Positions 19,406 to 29,030 of a stretch of 64,000 nucleotides of DNA are shown here, piece by piece. The stretch is from the NCBI GenBank assembly GCA_902492235.1, contig CABUKS010000006.1, forward strand, positions 5,620 to 69,619, given 5' to 3'. The translations under genes and the position numbers were made by a program. Under the pieces are notes generated by a model. The model did no database searches, was not told the origin of the DNA, and saw only the letters and a list, made by a program, of their open reading frames with translations. How positions within the stretch are numbered: position 1 is the stretch's first letter; every line of letters begins with the position of its first letter. This stretch comes from an uncultured Collinsella sp. GTDB taxonomy: Bacteria > Actinomycetota > Coriobacteriia > Coriobacteriales > Coriobacteriaceae.

Positions 19406-20272
19406 ATGAGCTGGGCACTTATCTCCGATTCAAGCTGCAACCTCCGCGATTGGCAACCGACCGCGCCCCATACCACCTTTGCATTTGCGCCCCTCAAAAT
19501 TCGAGTGGGGGAGCGTGAATTCGTCGATGACCTTTCGCTTGATGTTCATGAGCTCAACTGCGCTGTTCAGGCGGAGACGAACACTTCTTCGAGCGCTTGT
19601 CCCAGCGTAGGGGAGTGGGCCGAGCTCTTCAAATTGGCAGACAAGACCATCTGCATGCCGATCTCTGAGGGCGTGTCGGGCAGCTACAACGCGGCAGCCA
19701 CGGCTCGCGATATGGTTCTTGCCGAGGAACCGGACCGACAGATTCATCTAGTCAATTCACGCGCAGCTGGCGGCAAAATGGACCTCATTTTCCTGCTGTT
19801 CGACCGCTATCTTGCAAGCAACCCGGATGTCTCATTCGAGGATGCTTGCGCATACTTCGATAGTCTTGAACAGAACAGCAAAATCCTCTTCAGTTTGTGC
19901 AATTACGAAAACCTCGCCAAAGCCGGACGTATCCCTAAGGCAGCCGGCGTCATTGCCAACAAGCTCAATATCCGCATTTTGGGCACGGCGAGTGAGGCCG
20001 GTAAAATCGAACTCGTCGGGCACACGCGTGGCGAAAAGAAGATGCTCAACAAGATCATCGACACCATGGAAGCCGAGGGCTTTACGGGCGGTGAGGTCGT
20101 CATCGACCATGTGGAAAACGTATCGAGCGCCCAGGCGCTGGCCGATCGCATTATTGAGCATTGGCCCGACTCCAAGACCATCATTATGCCCTGCAATGGC
20201 CTGGATTCCTATTACGCCGAGATGCACGGCCTCATCATCGGCTATGGCATGGGCGTAGCTTCGGGCAAATAA
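19406..20272 (+). CDS. DegV family fatty-acid-binding protein (FakB-like)
   Basis: ISDSSC, SSACPS, ISEGVSGSYNAA, NLAKAGRI. Confidence 0.9.
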   Translation: MSWALISDSSCNLRDWQPTAPHTTFAFAPLKIRVGEREFVDDLSLDVHELNCAVQAETNTSSSACPSVGEWAELFKLADKTICMPISEGVSGSYNAAATARDMVLAEEPDRQIHLVNSRAAGGKMDLIFLLFDRYLASNPDVSFEDACAYFDSLEQNSKILFSLCNYENLAKAGRIPKAAGVIANKLNIRILGTASEAGKIELVGHTRGEKKMLNKIIDTMEAEGFTGGEVVIDHVENVSSAQALADRIIEHWPDSKTIIMPCNGLDSYYAEMHGLIIGYGMGVASGK

Positions 20273-20286
20273 AGTCCAACCAGCAA

Positions 20287-20335
20287 AATACGGGCGGGAC
20301 AAAGCGACAGATGGCTCTTTGTCCCGCCCGTTTTA
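20287..20335. terminator. Bidirectional terminator between convergent degV and DUF1836 genes
   Basis: ACGGGCGGGACAAAG..CTTTGTCCCGCCCGT hairpin with A/T tails. Confidence 0.75.
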
Positions 20336-20343
20336 TACGTCGG

Positions 20344-20955
20344 CTAGCTATTAAACCCGTTGAACTTGAGATAGCTCATCAGGTACGCTTTCGAAACAAA
20401 GGATGAAACCGCGCTGCGCACAAGCAGCGACTCACGCGTTACCTGATGCGCCGTATCGGGAACCGGCGTCTGCTCGACAGAAAACGCCGAACGAATCGAT
20501 GCCTCGAGCTGATCGACCACATAGTCGAAGGCCGTCGGGGCATCGTAGCTCAAACGCTGAATGTTAAAGAGCGCCTGCACCGCAGCAATAGGTAGCACCT
20601 GCTTAAAGATGCAGATAGCGATCAGGCGGGCAATTTGCTCGCGGCCATATTGCTTTTTGACCGGAGCAGGCACCAGGCCGACCTTCACGTAGTTATTGAT
20701 CATCGATGGCGTAATGACAGGCTGCTCAACGCAAATGGACAGTGGCTCCATCCACAGCGCAACATACTCAATGACCTGGTCGCGGTAGAGCGTCACATTG
20801 GGCAACTGGTTATAGCACGGCAGACTCAACGTATTAAGTTTGCGCACGATATCGGACTGAATAAATGCATCGGGCAGCACAGTGGGCTGAATATCCTCAG
20901 GCTTAATGCTGACCGACGAATCGGACATCGGGATAACGCGTTTGGCGTGGTTCAT
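20344..20955 (-). CDS. DUF1836 family protein (putative transcriptional regulator)
   Basis: LP..LYRDQV, ITPSMINNYVK.GLVPAPVKKQY motif; SD GGAGG before ATG 20955. Confidence 0.88.
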   Translation of the reverse strand: MNHAKRVIPMSDSSVSIKPEDIQPTVLPDAFIQSDIVRKLNTLSLPCYNQLPNVTLYRDQVIEYVALWMEPLSICVEQPVITPSMINNYVKVGLVPAPVKKQYGREQIARLIAICIFKQVLPIAAVQALFNIQRLSYDAPTAFDYVVDQLEASIRSAFSVEQTPVPDTAHQVTRESLLVRSAVSSFVSKAYLMSYLKFNGFNS

Positions 20956-20993
20956 AAGGATCCTCCGTTCATTAGCTATATTGTATTCTAGAT

Positions 20994-21019
20994 TATCTAG
21001 TTTTGAATACCACATAGCC
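20994..21019 (-). promoter_or_regulatory. Second copy of the operator, upstream of the DUF1836 gene
   Basis: Reverse complement GGCTATGTGGTATTCAAAACTAGATA is 24/26 identical to 19319-19344. Confidence 0.75.
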
Positions 21020-21082
21020 GACAAGGAAAATGGCAGGACAGTGCACTGATTCATCGTCCTGCCATTTAGTTAATAGATAACA

Positions 21083-21110
21083 ACCTTACATAAGATATAT
21101 TATCGTACTT
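21083..21110 (-). other. Putative dif site (XerC/XerD chromosome dimer resolution)
   Basis: Minus strand AAGTACGATAA-TATATC-TTATGTAAGGT fits the 11-6-11 dif layout; lies where gene orientation flips. Confidence 0.8.
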
Positions 21111-22047
21111 ATCCGCGGAGAAACGCGTATGCGCTCGTTGCTGCTATGGCTCCGTCAGAAACGGCGGTCACAACCTGACGTAAGCGCTTGGAACGGATGT
21201 CGCCAGCAGCAAATAGACCTGGCGTGCGGGTCGCCATGGATTCATCAGTCAGAATGCCGCCATCAGGCGCCAGATCGACTAGATGCTCAACAAGCTCGGT
21301 ATGGGGTTGCGTGCCGGTAAAGACAAAAATGCCAAACGAGCCAGGCTCAAAGGTCTCGGCATGCGTCTTACCGCTTGCATTGTCTTTGAACGTAATTGTC
21401 GTGGGCATCGCTTCACCAGAAAGCTCCACAATACTAGTTTGGTACCTAACTGTAATATTGTCCTTTTCGAGTACTTTCTGAACAACACCATCAGGCGCAC
21501 GGAACTGGTCGCGGCGCAGCACGATGGTCACACTGCTGGCAATGTCTGACAGGAACAGTGCCTCTTCGCATGCCGAATTGCCACCACCGATTACAAAGAC
21601 CTGTTTGCCGCGGAAGAACATGCCGTCACATGTTGCGCAATATGAAACGCCACGACCGCGATAGGTATCCTCGCCAGCGAAACCTGCCGGACGCGGCGTG
21701 GCACCCATGCAAGCAATAACGCTCGAGGCAAGCGTATCGCCCATACCGTGATGCACCGTAAACAGCGCTGCATCGGCATCGTAATCGATACCCGTAACCA
21801 TGCTCCATGTAACCTGCGCTCCCAGCCCCTCTGCATGTTGCTGAAAACGCTCGCCGAGTTCGGCGCCACTCAAGAGCGGAATGCCCGGATAGTTCTCGAC
21901 TTCATTGGTCGTGGCGATCTGTCCACCCGACATGCCCTGCTCAATCACGGTCGTCGTCAGGTTGGCACGCGCAGCGTAAATGGCGGCAGCATAGCCCGCG
22001 GGGCCTCCACCGATAATAGCAACATCAATCGGCTGATCGGTAGTCAT
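21109..22047 (-). CDS. trxB: Thioredoxin reductase
   Basis: GGGPAG, GVSYCATCDG, GGGNSA, FAAGD. Confidence 0.93.
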   Translation of the reverse strand: MTTDQPIDVAIIGGGPAGYAAAIYAARANLTTTVIEQGMSGGQIATTNEVENYPGIPLLSGAELGERFQQHAEGLGAQVTWSMVTGIDYDADAALFTVHHGMGDTLASSVIACMGATPRPAGFAGEDTYRGRGVSYCATCDGMFFRGKQVFVIGGGNSACEEALFLSDIASSVTIVLRRDQFRAPDGVVQKVLEKDNITVRYQTSIVELSGEAMPTTITFKDNASGKTHAETFEPGSFGIFVFTGTQPHTELVEHLVDLAPDGGILTDESMATRTPGLFAAGDIRSKRLRQVVTAVSDGAIAATSAYAFLRG

Positions 22048-22164
22048 GGAATATCCTCTCGTCGAAACGTTGCCGTTCTTTGCGCTCATACCCAAATTTA
22101 CGTGAACATGACACTCATGCACTACAATGATAAATCGCGTAACAAAGCTGAAGGGGAGTTATCG

Positions 22165-23466
22165 ATGGATCAAACGCAGACGAGCAATAGCGCTCCCCTG
22201 CCCATGCAAGCCACTCCCCAACCGGAGCAAACGAACGTTTCACCTACACAAAAACCCCTGGTAACCATTGTGCACGCATCGGTTGGATCGGGCCACCAAG
22301 CCGCCGCCAACGCGATTGCACAAGCATTTGACCTTATCCGCGGCACCAAGGGAATCCCTGAGGATATTGAAATTGAAGTGCTCGATATCCTTGATTTTGG
22401 ACGTATTAAATTCGACGGCAATAAGACCGCAGCTTCTTTTACGGGAGCCACACGCCCCATTTACGACCTGACCTGGCGATATACGCTTACGGGACATCTT
22501 CTCTGGGGTGGCGGCACGGCATGGTCGCGAATTATGTTCCCCGCCTTCAACGAATATATTCGTCGCCGCAGGCCTATAGCCGTGGTCGCAACGCACATCA
22601 CAGCAGCCAATGTTGCCGTGGGCGCCCGCGTAATTACGGGTATCGATTATCCGGTCATCTGCGTACCAACAGACTATGAAGTCGAAGGCTTTTGGCCCCA
22701 CAAGGACACCGACCTGTTCTGCGTGGCCAACGAGTTTATGGCCGAAACGCTGCGCCCGCGCAAGGTTCCCGAGTCAAAGATCCGCATAACGGGCATCCCC
22801 ATCCGAGCCGGTTTCGATTCAGATTACAAACGCGAAGATGAGCTTAGCAAGTTCAATCTCCCCATAGACAAAACCGTCGTATTGGTGATGGCCGGCGCCA
22901 GTTTGCCCCAACCATACGTGCGTTTCCGCGCCGCGATGGACCACACGCTCCCCTTCTTACGCAGCTTTGAGGACATGCACTTTGTCTTTTTACCGGGCAA
23001 GGATAAGGAATACGCCACCCGACTCAAGACGCTCTTCGACGCCATGAAGCTCGATAACGTCACGGTTCTGGACTACGTGGACGACATGGCGGCCCTCATG
23101 CACGGCTGCGACCTGGCAATCCTCAAATCGGGCGGACTCACGGTCACCGAGTGCCTATGCGCACATCTGCCGATGATCCTGCTGGGCAAATCATACGGTC
23201 AAGAAAAGGCCAACACCACGATGCTCACCGGCATGGGCGCCAGCATGCATGTCACCACCGCACGAGAACTCATCGTAACCCTTCGTCACTTACACGACCA
23301 TCCCGAATCACTCAAAGCCCTACTCATCAACGGCGAAGTCCTGCGCCGTCCACGCGCAGCCGAAGACATAGCCGTCGCAACCATGGAACTCGTAGGCAAG
23401 CCCCAAAAGCGCAAACGAGCCTTCTGCCGCTTCTACTGGGGCGGAAAACCCGCTCATATCCGCTAG
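22165..23466 (+). CDS. MGDG synthase/UgtP-like diacylglycerol glycosyltransferase (GT28)
   Basis: GSGHQAAA, PTDY, TGIPIR, KSGGLTVTE, GQEKAN. Confidence 0.85.
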   Translation: MDQTQTSNSAPLPMQATPQPEQTNVSPTQKPLVTIVHASVGSGHQAAANAIAQAFDLIRGTKGIPEDIEIEVLDILDFGRIKFDGNKTAASFTGATRPIYDLTWRYTLTGHLLWGGGTAWSRIMFPAFNEYIRRRRPIAVVATHITAANVAVGARVITGIDYPVICVPTDYEVEGFWPHKDTDLFCVANEFMAETLRPRKVPESKIRITGIPIRAGFDSDYKREDELSKFNLPIDKTVVLVMAGASLPQPYVRFRAAMDHTLPFLRSFEDMHFVFLPGKDKEYATRLKTLFDAMKLDNVTVLDYVDDMAALMHGCDLAILKSGGLTVTECLCAHLPMILLGKSYGQEKANTTMLTGMGASMHVTTARELIVTLRHLHDHPESLKALLINGEVLRRPRAAEDIAVATMELVGKPQKRKRAFCRFYWGGKPAHIR

Positions 23467-23492
23467 TCGAATGTCCGCCGCTCTGTCGGAGC

Positions 23493-23538
23493 CGCCCTTA
23501 TATCATTCCATGCTCAAACATTCTCGCTTCGCAGGGCG
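23493..23538 (+). repeat. Hairpin element, type 1, internally truncated copy 1a
   Basis: 33 bp (23500-23532) identical to 23568-23600; residual CGCCCT/AGGGCG arms. Confidence 0.8.
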
Positions 23539-23551
23539 CACTAATCCCACC

Positions 23552-23650
23552 CGTCCGGGACTCACCCATATCATTCCATGCTCAAACATTCTCGCTTCGC
23601 TGCGCTCGCTGCGAAACTGCGCGTGGAACGATATGGGTGAGTCCCGGACG
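23552..23650 (+). repeat. Hairpin element, type 1, copy 1b
   Basis: Perfect 21-bp terminal inverted arms enclosing the conserved core. Confidence 0.9.
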
Positions 23651-23690
23651 AGAGGCTTCCTGCTTGAAAACAAATTGCAATCCGACTAGA

Positions 23691-23733
23691 AAGCCGGTGC
23701 GACAAAGGAGAAACTCCCTTGTCGCACCGGCTT
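23691..23733. terminator. Long hairpin, probable terminator between convergent ugtP-like and dut genes
   Basis: 19/20 bp stem AAGCCGGTGCGACAAAGGAG/CTCCCTTGTCGCACCGGCTT. Confidence 0.6.
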
Positions 23734-23797
23734 ACAAATCGATTAATGCTATCAGCTTCCAGCGAAGAGGCACGGTAGTTACAAGCATGCAAACGTA

Positions 23798-23901
23798 GCT
23801 CACCCGTGGGAGGGCCCTATATATCGTCCCACGCGCAGTTTCGCAGCGCAGCGAGAATGTTTGAGCATGGGATGATATATAGGGTCCTCCCACGGGTGAG
23901 C
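23798..23901 (-). repeat. Hairpin element, type 1, copy 1c (inverted)
   Basis: 27/28 bp arms that differ from the 1b arms outside the core-proximal ATATC; same core with compensatory change TTCCA/TGGAA to TCCCA/TGGGA. Confidence 0.9.
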
Positions 23902-23913
23902 GGACGGAAGCAA

Positions 23914-24357
23914 CTAGGCGACGCCGGAGGAGCCGAAGCCTCCGTTGCCTCGGTCGGTTTCGTCTAGTTCTTGTACTTCTACGAGGTTGACCGTGGGGAC
24001 TTCTTGGATGACGAGTTGGGCTATGCGGTCGCCTTTGTTGATTTGGATGTTGTTGGAGGGATCCAGGTTGATGATGATAACCTTGAGTTCTCCTCGGTAG
24101 TGGGCGTCGATGAGGCCCGGCGTGTTGACTATAGACAGGCCCTGCTTGATGGCCAAGCCGCTTCGGGGCTGCACGAAGCCGGCGTAGCCATCGGGCAAGG
24201 CGATGGCCAGCCCAGTAGAGACCAGACGGCGTTCGAAGGGCTTCAGGACGCAGTCCTCGTTGGAGCGCAGATCCAAGCCGGCATCGGTGGGATGGGCGTA
24301 TTTGGGAAGTTCGACGGTGGGGTCGAGACGCTTTATGTTGACGGTAATGTTGGACAT
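23914..24357 (-). CDS. dut: dUTP diphosphatase
   Basis: [39 protein letters not shown]. Confidence 0.97.
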   Translation of the reverse strand: MSNITVNIKRLDPTVELPKYAHPTDAGLDLRSNEDCVLKPFERRLVSTGLAIALPDGYAGFVQPRSGLAIKQGLSIVNTPGLIDAHYRGELKVIIINLDPSNNIQINKGDRIAQLVIQEVPTVNLVEVQELDETDRGNGGFGSSGVA

Positions 24358-24361
24358 GGAA

Positions 24362-24805
24362 TCACCTTAGCTTGTCGAGCTCTTGCAGAAACTCATCGAC
24401 GTCTTTGAAATCGCGGTAGACCGAGGCAAAGCGGATGTACGCCACCTTGTCGATCTTGGCCAAGCGTTTGAGCACCATGTCACCCAACTCATGCGACGTG
24501 ACGGCCGTCAGCGTACGAGAACGCAGCTCGACCTCGATATCGTCGATAATCTCATTGAGCTTCTTAGTGTCGATATCACGCTTGATGGTGGCGCGCATCA
24601 AGCCGACGAGCAGCTTATTGCGATCGAACCGCTGCTTGGTTCCGTCCGACTTAATGACCTCGATTGGGTCTTCACATCGCTCGAACGTTGTAAAGCGGTA
24701 GTTACACGAGCAACATTCGCGACGACGCTTAATGGTGTTATTTGACTCCTGCATACGGGAATCAACGACGCGGGTATGTGCCTTGCCGCATTTGGGACAG
24801 CGCAT
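24362..24805 (-). CDS. nrdR: Transcriptional repressor NrdR
   Basis: MRCPKC..RRRECxxC.RFTTFE, ATP cone, AYIRFASVY. Confidence 0.97.
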   Translation of the reverse strand: MRCPKCGKAHTRVVDSRMQESNNTIKRRRECCSCNYRFTTFERCEDPIEVIKSDGTKQRFDRNKLLVGLMRATIKRDIDTKKLNEIIDDIEVELRSRTLTAVTSHELGDMVLKRLAKIDKVAYIRFASVYRDFKDVDEFLQELDKLR

Positions 24806-24856
24806 GGTACCTCCTCTTAAACGATAACAAGGGTACCATGCGCAGCGCGATAATGA

Positions 24857-25309
24857 TTACGAACGAGCAGGAACCTTAAGATACGCACCGGCGGCGAGCG
24901 AACCATGCTCCAAATGATTGACGTTACGGATCATGTCGGAAGTCTCTTGCGTGGAAAGGCCTTCGATTGGATATTCCTCGGCAAGCGACCAAAGAGAATC
25001 ACCAGGCTGAACGCGAATGGTCTCGTAGGTAACGTTGGAAACGGACTCGGCATACGCGGCGTGACGAGCGCTAAAGACCGACGTAGCGAGGACAAAGAAA
25101 AGCGTAAGAGCAACGGCAACGGCGACAATCGTCGAAACCTTCAGGGCAACGCGGGGCGGCGCGACTACAGCCTGCTGATTGCGAGCAGGCTTTACGGTCA
25201 AAGGCTGAAAGCCGGAGCGGCCACCCTGAACAACCGTAAAAGTGGGTTCTGCAGGCGTCTCGAGCTTAAGGGCGAGGTTTCCCTGGACCATATTCGTTGC
25301 GTTCATCAT
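24857..25309 (-). CDS. Membrane LysM protein, SOS division-inhibitor-like (YneA/ChiZ type)
   Basis: One TM helix plus VQPGDSLWSLA LysM; divergent from lexA across SOS boxes. Confidence 0.8.
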   Translation of the reverse strand: MMNATNMVQGNLALKLETPAEPTFTVVQGGRSGFQPLTVKPARNQQAVVAPPRVALKVSTIVAVAVALTLFFVLATSVFSARHAAYAESVSNVTYETIRVQPGDSLWSLAEEYPIEGLSTQETSDMIRNVNHLEHGSLAAGAYLKVPARS

Positions 25310-25377
25310 GTTCTCCTCTCGCGTGTTTTGCTGAGAACAGTTTTATCAATCCGCGCGGACAAAAATGTCTAGCGCGA

Positions 25378-25447
25378 GAACGAATGTTCGGTTATTATTA
25401 TCTTCGAACAGTTGTTCCTGTCAAGCAAAATTCGAACATTTGTTTGA
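25378..25447. promoter_or_regulatory. Three LexA (SOS) boxes
   Basis: GAAC-N4-GTTC at 25378 and 25406; TCGAACATTTGTTTGA at 25432-25447. Confidence 0.9.
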
Positions 25448-25469
25448 CATTGGTAGAGAGGATGCCCTG

Positions 25470-26114
25470 ATGGCTCGCAAAATTACCAAGCGTCAGCAGC
25501 AAATTTACGACTTCATCAAGGAATATCAGCAGGAGAAGGGTTATCCGCCCAGCGTGCGCGAGATGGCTTCTGCCGTGGGCCTTTCCTCCCCCAGCACCGT
25601 GCACGCCCATCTATCTGCCCTGGAGGCGCGCGGGCTACTCAAGCGCGATGCCACCAAACCGCGCGCCCTGGAACTCTTTAACGAGGACGGTTCCTCTGTC
25701 TCAATTTCTAAATCTGACGAGCCCACCGCACCTCGAGGAACGGTCTCGCTACCGCTCGTTGGTCGCGTCGCGGCTGGGATTCCCATTCTGGCCGAACAGA
25801 ATATCGAAGACACTTTTACTATCCCGACCGAAATCGCCACCGATCAGGGTTCCTTTATCCTTGAGGTGCATGGGAGCTCAATGATCAATGTCGGCATCTT
25901 CAATGGCGATTACATCATCGTCCGTGAACAAAAGAGTGCCATGAACGGCGAAATTGTCGTGGCCATGATTGATGGTTCAGCGACCGTCAAGACGTTCTAC
26001 AAGGAGCAGGGACGCGTACGCCTGCAGCCCGAGAATGACACCATGGAGCCTATCTATGCAACGAATCCCGTTATCTTGGGCAAAGTCGTCGGCTTGATGC
26101 GCCGGTTCTCGTAA
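25470..26114 (+). CDS. lexA: SOS repressor LexA
   Basis: GYPPSVRE, VAAG cleavage site, GSSM, TVKT. Confidence 0.97.
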   Translation: MARKITKRQQQIYDFIKEYQQEKGYPPSVREMASAVGLSSPSTVHAHLSALEARGLLKRDATKPRALELFNEDGSSVSISKSDEPTAPRGTVSLPLVGRVAAGIPILAEQNIEDTFTIPTEIATDQGSFILEVHGSSMINVGIFNGDYIIVREQKSAMNGEIVVAMIDGSATVKTFYKEQGRVRLQPENDTMEPIYATNPVILGKVVGLMRRFS

Positions 26115-26818
26115 TGCAGAAACGCATCACCATCTTTGATACCGTCCGCGGGTTTACGATGATTTCAATGGCAGGTTTTCACGCTTGCTACGATCTTGCC
26201 TACCTGTACGGTTGGGATATGCCCTGGTTTACACAGACCGTCTTTCAAGACATCTGGCGTGCCAGCATCAGCTGGGTATTCCTGTTTATCGCGGGTTGGA
26301 TGTGCACCCTTTCGCGCAACAATATCAAACGTGCCGCCAAATACGCCTTAGCAGCACTCGTCGTCTGGTTGGCAACAACACTTGTCTCAGTAGACGATTC
26401 GGTTAATTTTGGCATCATCTACTGCATGGCCGCATGTACCGGCATCGTGGCGTTGACCGATCCCGTCCTTAAGAAGATATCGGCGAGATGGGGCATGTCC
26501 CTATGCCTTGTGTTGTTCGCCCTCACTTGGAGTATCCCCAAAACGATCTATCCTGTCCCCTACCTGGCGTGGCTGGGATTTCCGAGCCCTGGGTTTGTTT
26601 CAGGTGATTACTACCCCATCATCCCGTTTTTCTTTATGTATCTTGCAGGATACTTCGCCGCACACATAGTGCAGGGAATCGATAAGACCGTCCCAAGCTG
26701 GGCCTACGCCAATCCCATCCCGGCGCTCGCCAGCCTTGGACGTCACGCACTCCCCTTTTATCTACTGCATCAGCCCATCATTCTGGGCATTTTGGAACTC
26801 GTCTACTCGGTGCGATAA
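26114..26818 (+). CDS. DUF1624/heparan-alpha-glucosaminide N-acetyltransferase-like membrane protein
   Basis: R...DTVRG...M..FH, DYYPIIP, GRHALPFYLLHQP. Confidence 0.8.
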   Translation: MQKRITIFDTVRGFTMISMAGFHACYDLAYLYGWDMPWFTQTVFQDIWRASISWVFLFIAGWMCTLSRNNIKRAAKYALAALVVWLATTLVSVDDSVNFGIIYCMAACTGIVALTDPVLKKISARWGMSLCLVLFALTWSIPKTIYPVPYLAWLGFPSPGFVSGDYYPIIPFFFMYLAGYFAAHIVQGIDKTVPSWAYANPIPALASLGRHALPFYLLHQPIILGILELVYSVR

Positions 26819-28092
26819 CGCTCGAGCCGCGGCGCGATACGGGCCGGTAGCTTCGCCACAATACGAACGCCGTCCTCAAGATATTCCTCGTGCAAAAGGG
26901 TTCCCTGCTCATGCACCAGCGTGATGAGGGCGCCCTCACGATACGGGATATCAGCAGAGAGCAACACATCGGTAGCAGCCGCCTCACGAGCAATACGGTC
27001 GACGAGATCGTCGAGTCCCTCGCCCGTCTGGGCCGAGAACAACACGGCCTCGGGATAGCGACGACGGAAGCTCAATCGATCAACGCTATCGAGAAGATCG
27101 ATTTTATTGAATACGGTCAGCGTTAAACGCTCTCCAGCGCCGATCTCATCAAGCACGCGGTCAACAGCCTCCAGCTGCCGCTCATAGTCCTCGTCAGACG
27201 CATCTACGACTTTGAGAATTAAATCGGCACCAAGAACCTCAGACAGCGTGGACTTAAAGGCATCAACGAGACCATGCGGCAGCTTTTGAATAAAGCCGAC
27301 AGTGTCGGTAATCGTCATGCCGCGACCGCCGGGCAGGCGATACGAACGCGTCGTCGGGTCGAGCGTAGCAAACAGTTTGTCCTGCGAAAGTACCGTAGAG
27401 CCGGTCAGACGATTGAGTAACGTCGATTTACCGGCATTGGTATAACCGGCTAACGCGACGCGAAACGCCGGAGACTCAATGCGGCTCTTGGACTGGACAT
27501 CGCGACGCTGTTCAACCTGCTTGAGCTCACGACGAAGCGCGGCAATCTTATTACGAATGAGGCGACGGTCGACCTCGAGCTGGCTTTCACCCTGGCCAAA
27601 GCGCGAACCGATGCCGCCGCGCGTCTGCTCCTTGGCAAGATGACTCCACATGCCACGCAGACGAGGCAACAGATATTGAAGCTGCGCCAGCTGTACCTGT
27701 AGGCGTCCCTCACGCGTCTGAGCATGCAGGCCAAAGATATCCAAGATCAGTGCTGTACGATCGATAATCTTTACCGGCTCGCCCACGGCTTTCTCCAAAT
27801 AGGATTGCTGCGAGGGCGTCAGGTCGTCGTCAAAAATAACGACATCGGCATCCATGCGATGCACCAGGCCGCACAACTCTTCAACCTTACCGGAACCGAT
27901 AAACGATTTTGGATACGGCTTAACCAGACGCTGTGACAAACGCGCCACGCACTGGGCGCCAGCCGTATGGGCCAGGCGCTCAAGCTCGTCAAGCGAACGA
28001 TCGAGCGGCCATGCATTGTCGCGCCACTCAACACCAACTAATATGGCACGCTCGGGCTCGGGTGCCGTGGGAACAAGGGGGAAACGGGCCAT
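26803..28092 (-). CDS. hflX: GTPase HflX
   Basis: IDRTALILDIF, GYTNAGKST, LFATLD, DTVGFI. Confidence 0.97.
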   Translation of the reverse strand: MARFPLVPTAPEPERAILVGVEWRDNAWPLDRSLDELERLAHTAGAQCVARLSQRLVKPYPKSFIGSGKVEELCGLVHRMDADVVIFDDDLTPSQQSYLEKAVGEPVKIIDRTALILDIFGLHAQTREGRLQVQLAQLQYLLPRLRGMWSHLAKEQTRGGIGSRFGQGESQLEVDRRLIRNKIAALRRELKQVEQRRDVQSKSRIESPAFRVALAGYTNAGKSTLLNRLTGSTVLSQDKLFATLDPTTRSYRLPGGRGMTITDTVGFIQKLPHGLVDAFKSTLSEVLGADLILKVVDASDEDYERQLEAVDRVLDEIGAGERLTLTVFNKIDLLDSVDRLSFRRRYPEAVLFSAQTGEGLDDLVDRIAREAAATDVLLSADIPYREGALITLVHEQGTLLHEEYLEDGVRIVAKLPARIAPRLERYRTE

Positions 28093-29030
28093 TAGGCAGC
28101 CTCAATACGATGCAGGATGTCCTCAACGACCTCATCGATCGTAAACTCGTCCATATCAAACCACACGATACGGTCATCGCGCTTAAACCACGAAAGCTGA
28201 CGTTTGGCATAGCGACGCGAACGCATCTTGATGAGTTCGCGAGCCTCATCCATGCTTATCAAGCCATTGAAAGCATCGATGATCTCTTTATAGCCAATTG
28301 CCTGCATCGACGTCAGGGCATCTCCCAGCCCCTGCCCCATAAGACTGCGGACCTCATTGACAAGACCCTGCTCAAACATCATATCGACACGCAGGTTAAT
28401 GCGCTCGTAGAGCACCTTGCGATTACGCGTCAGACCAAACCATAGGGCATGATAATGCTCGCGCGGATCACTAAACTGCGACTTTTGCTGCGCGTAGGAC
28501 ACACCATCATCGTGCATTTCGAGCGCGCGAATCACGCGGCGAACATTATGGGGATGGATGACCGCAGCGGACTCGGGGTCACGCTCGGCAAGCAGCGCGT
28601 GCAGTTCTTCCTCACCAATACGCTCGGCAAGCTCCTGATAGACCGCACGGCGATCGTCCTCAAGTTCACCCGAGGGAAAGTCCATCTCATCGAGGGCGGC
28701 CTTGAGATACAGCCCCGTACCTCCGCAAAAAACCGGCAGGCGACCCGAACCAAGGAGACGTTCAACATGCGCGCGAGCGTCAGCCTGATAAAGCGCAGCA
28801 GAATATGCCACACCCGGCTCTACAATGTCGACGAGACGCAGCGGCGCCGCACACTCATCGGGCGTCATCTTTGCGGTACCGATGTCCATGCCGCGATAGA
28901 TTTGCATCGCATCGCACGACAGCACTTCGGACGAAAGACGAGCGGCCAAACGGTCGGCAACATCACTCTTACCAACCGCCGTCGGACCGACGATCGCAAC
29001 GGCGGAAAGACCTGCCCCGGAAGAAACCAT
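28092..29030 (-). CDS. miaA: tRNA dimethylallyltransferase
   Basis: GPTAVGKS, MQIYRGMDIGTAK, GGTGLY, YAKRQ. Confidence 0.97.
   Translation of the reverse strand: MVSSGAGLSAVAIVGPTAVGKSDVADRLAARLSSEVLSCDAMQIYRGMDIGTAKMTPDECAAPLRLVDIVEPGVAYSAALYQADARAHVERLLGSGRLPVFCGGTGLYLKAALDEMDFPSGELEDDRRAVYQELAERIGEEELHALLAERDPESAAVIHPHNVRRVIRALEMHDDGVSYAQQKSQFSDPREHYHALWFGLTRNRKVLYERINLRVDMMFEQGLVNEVRSLMGQGLGDALTSMQAIGYKEIIDAFNGLISMDEARELIKMRSRRYAKRQLSWFKRDDRIVWFDMDEFTIDEVVEDILHRIEAA

Noticed and set aside
23500..23600. 33-bp repeat, 35-bp spacer, 33-bp repeat resembling a mini CRISPR array
   Set aside because: Only two units, the repeat is part of a larger hairpin element that also occurs inverted, and there are no cas genes in the window.
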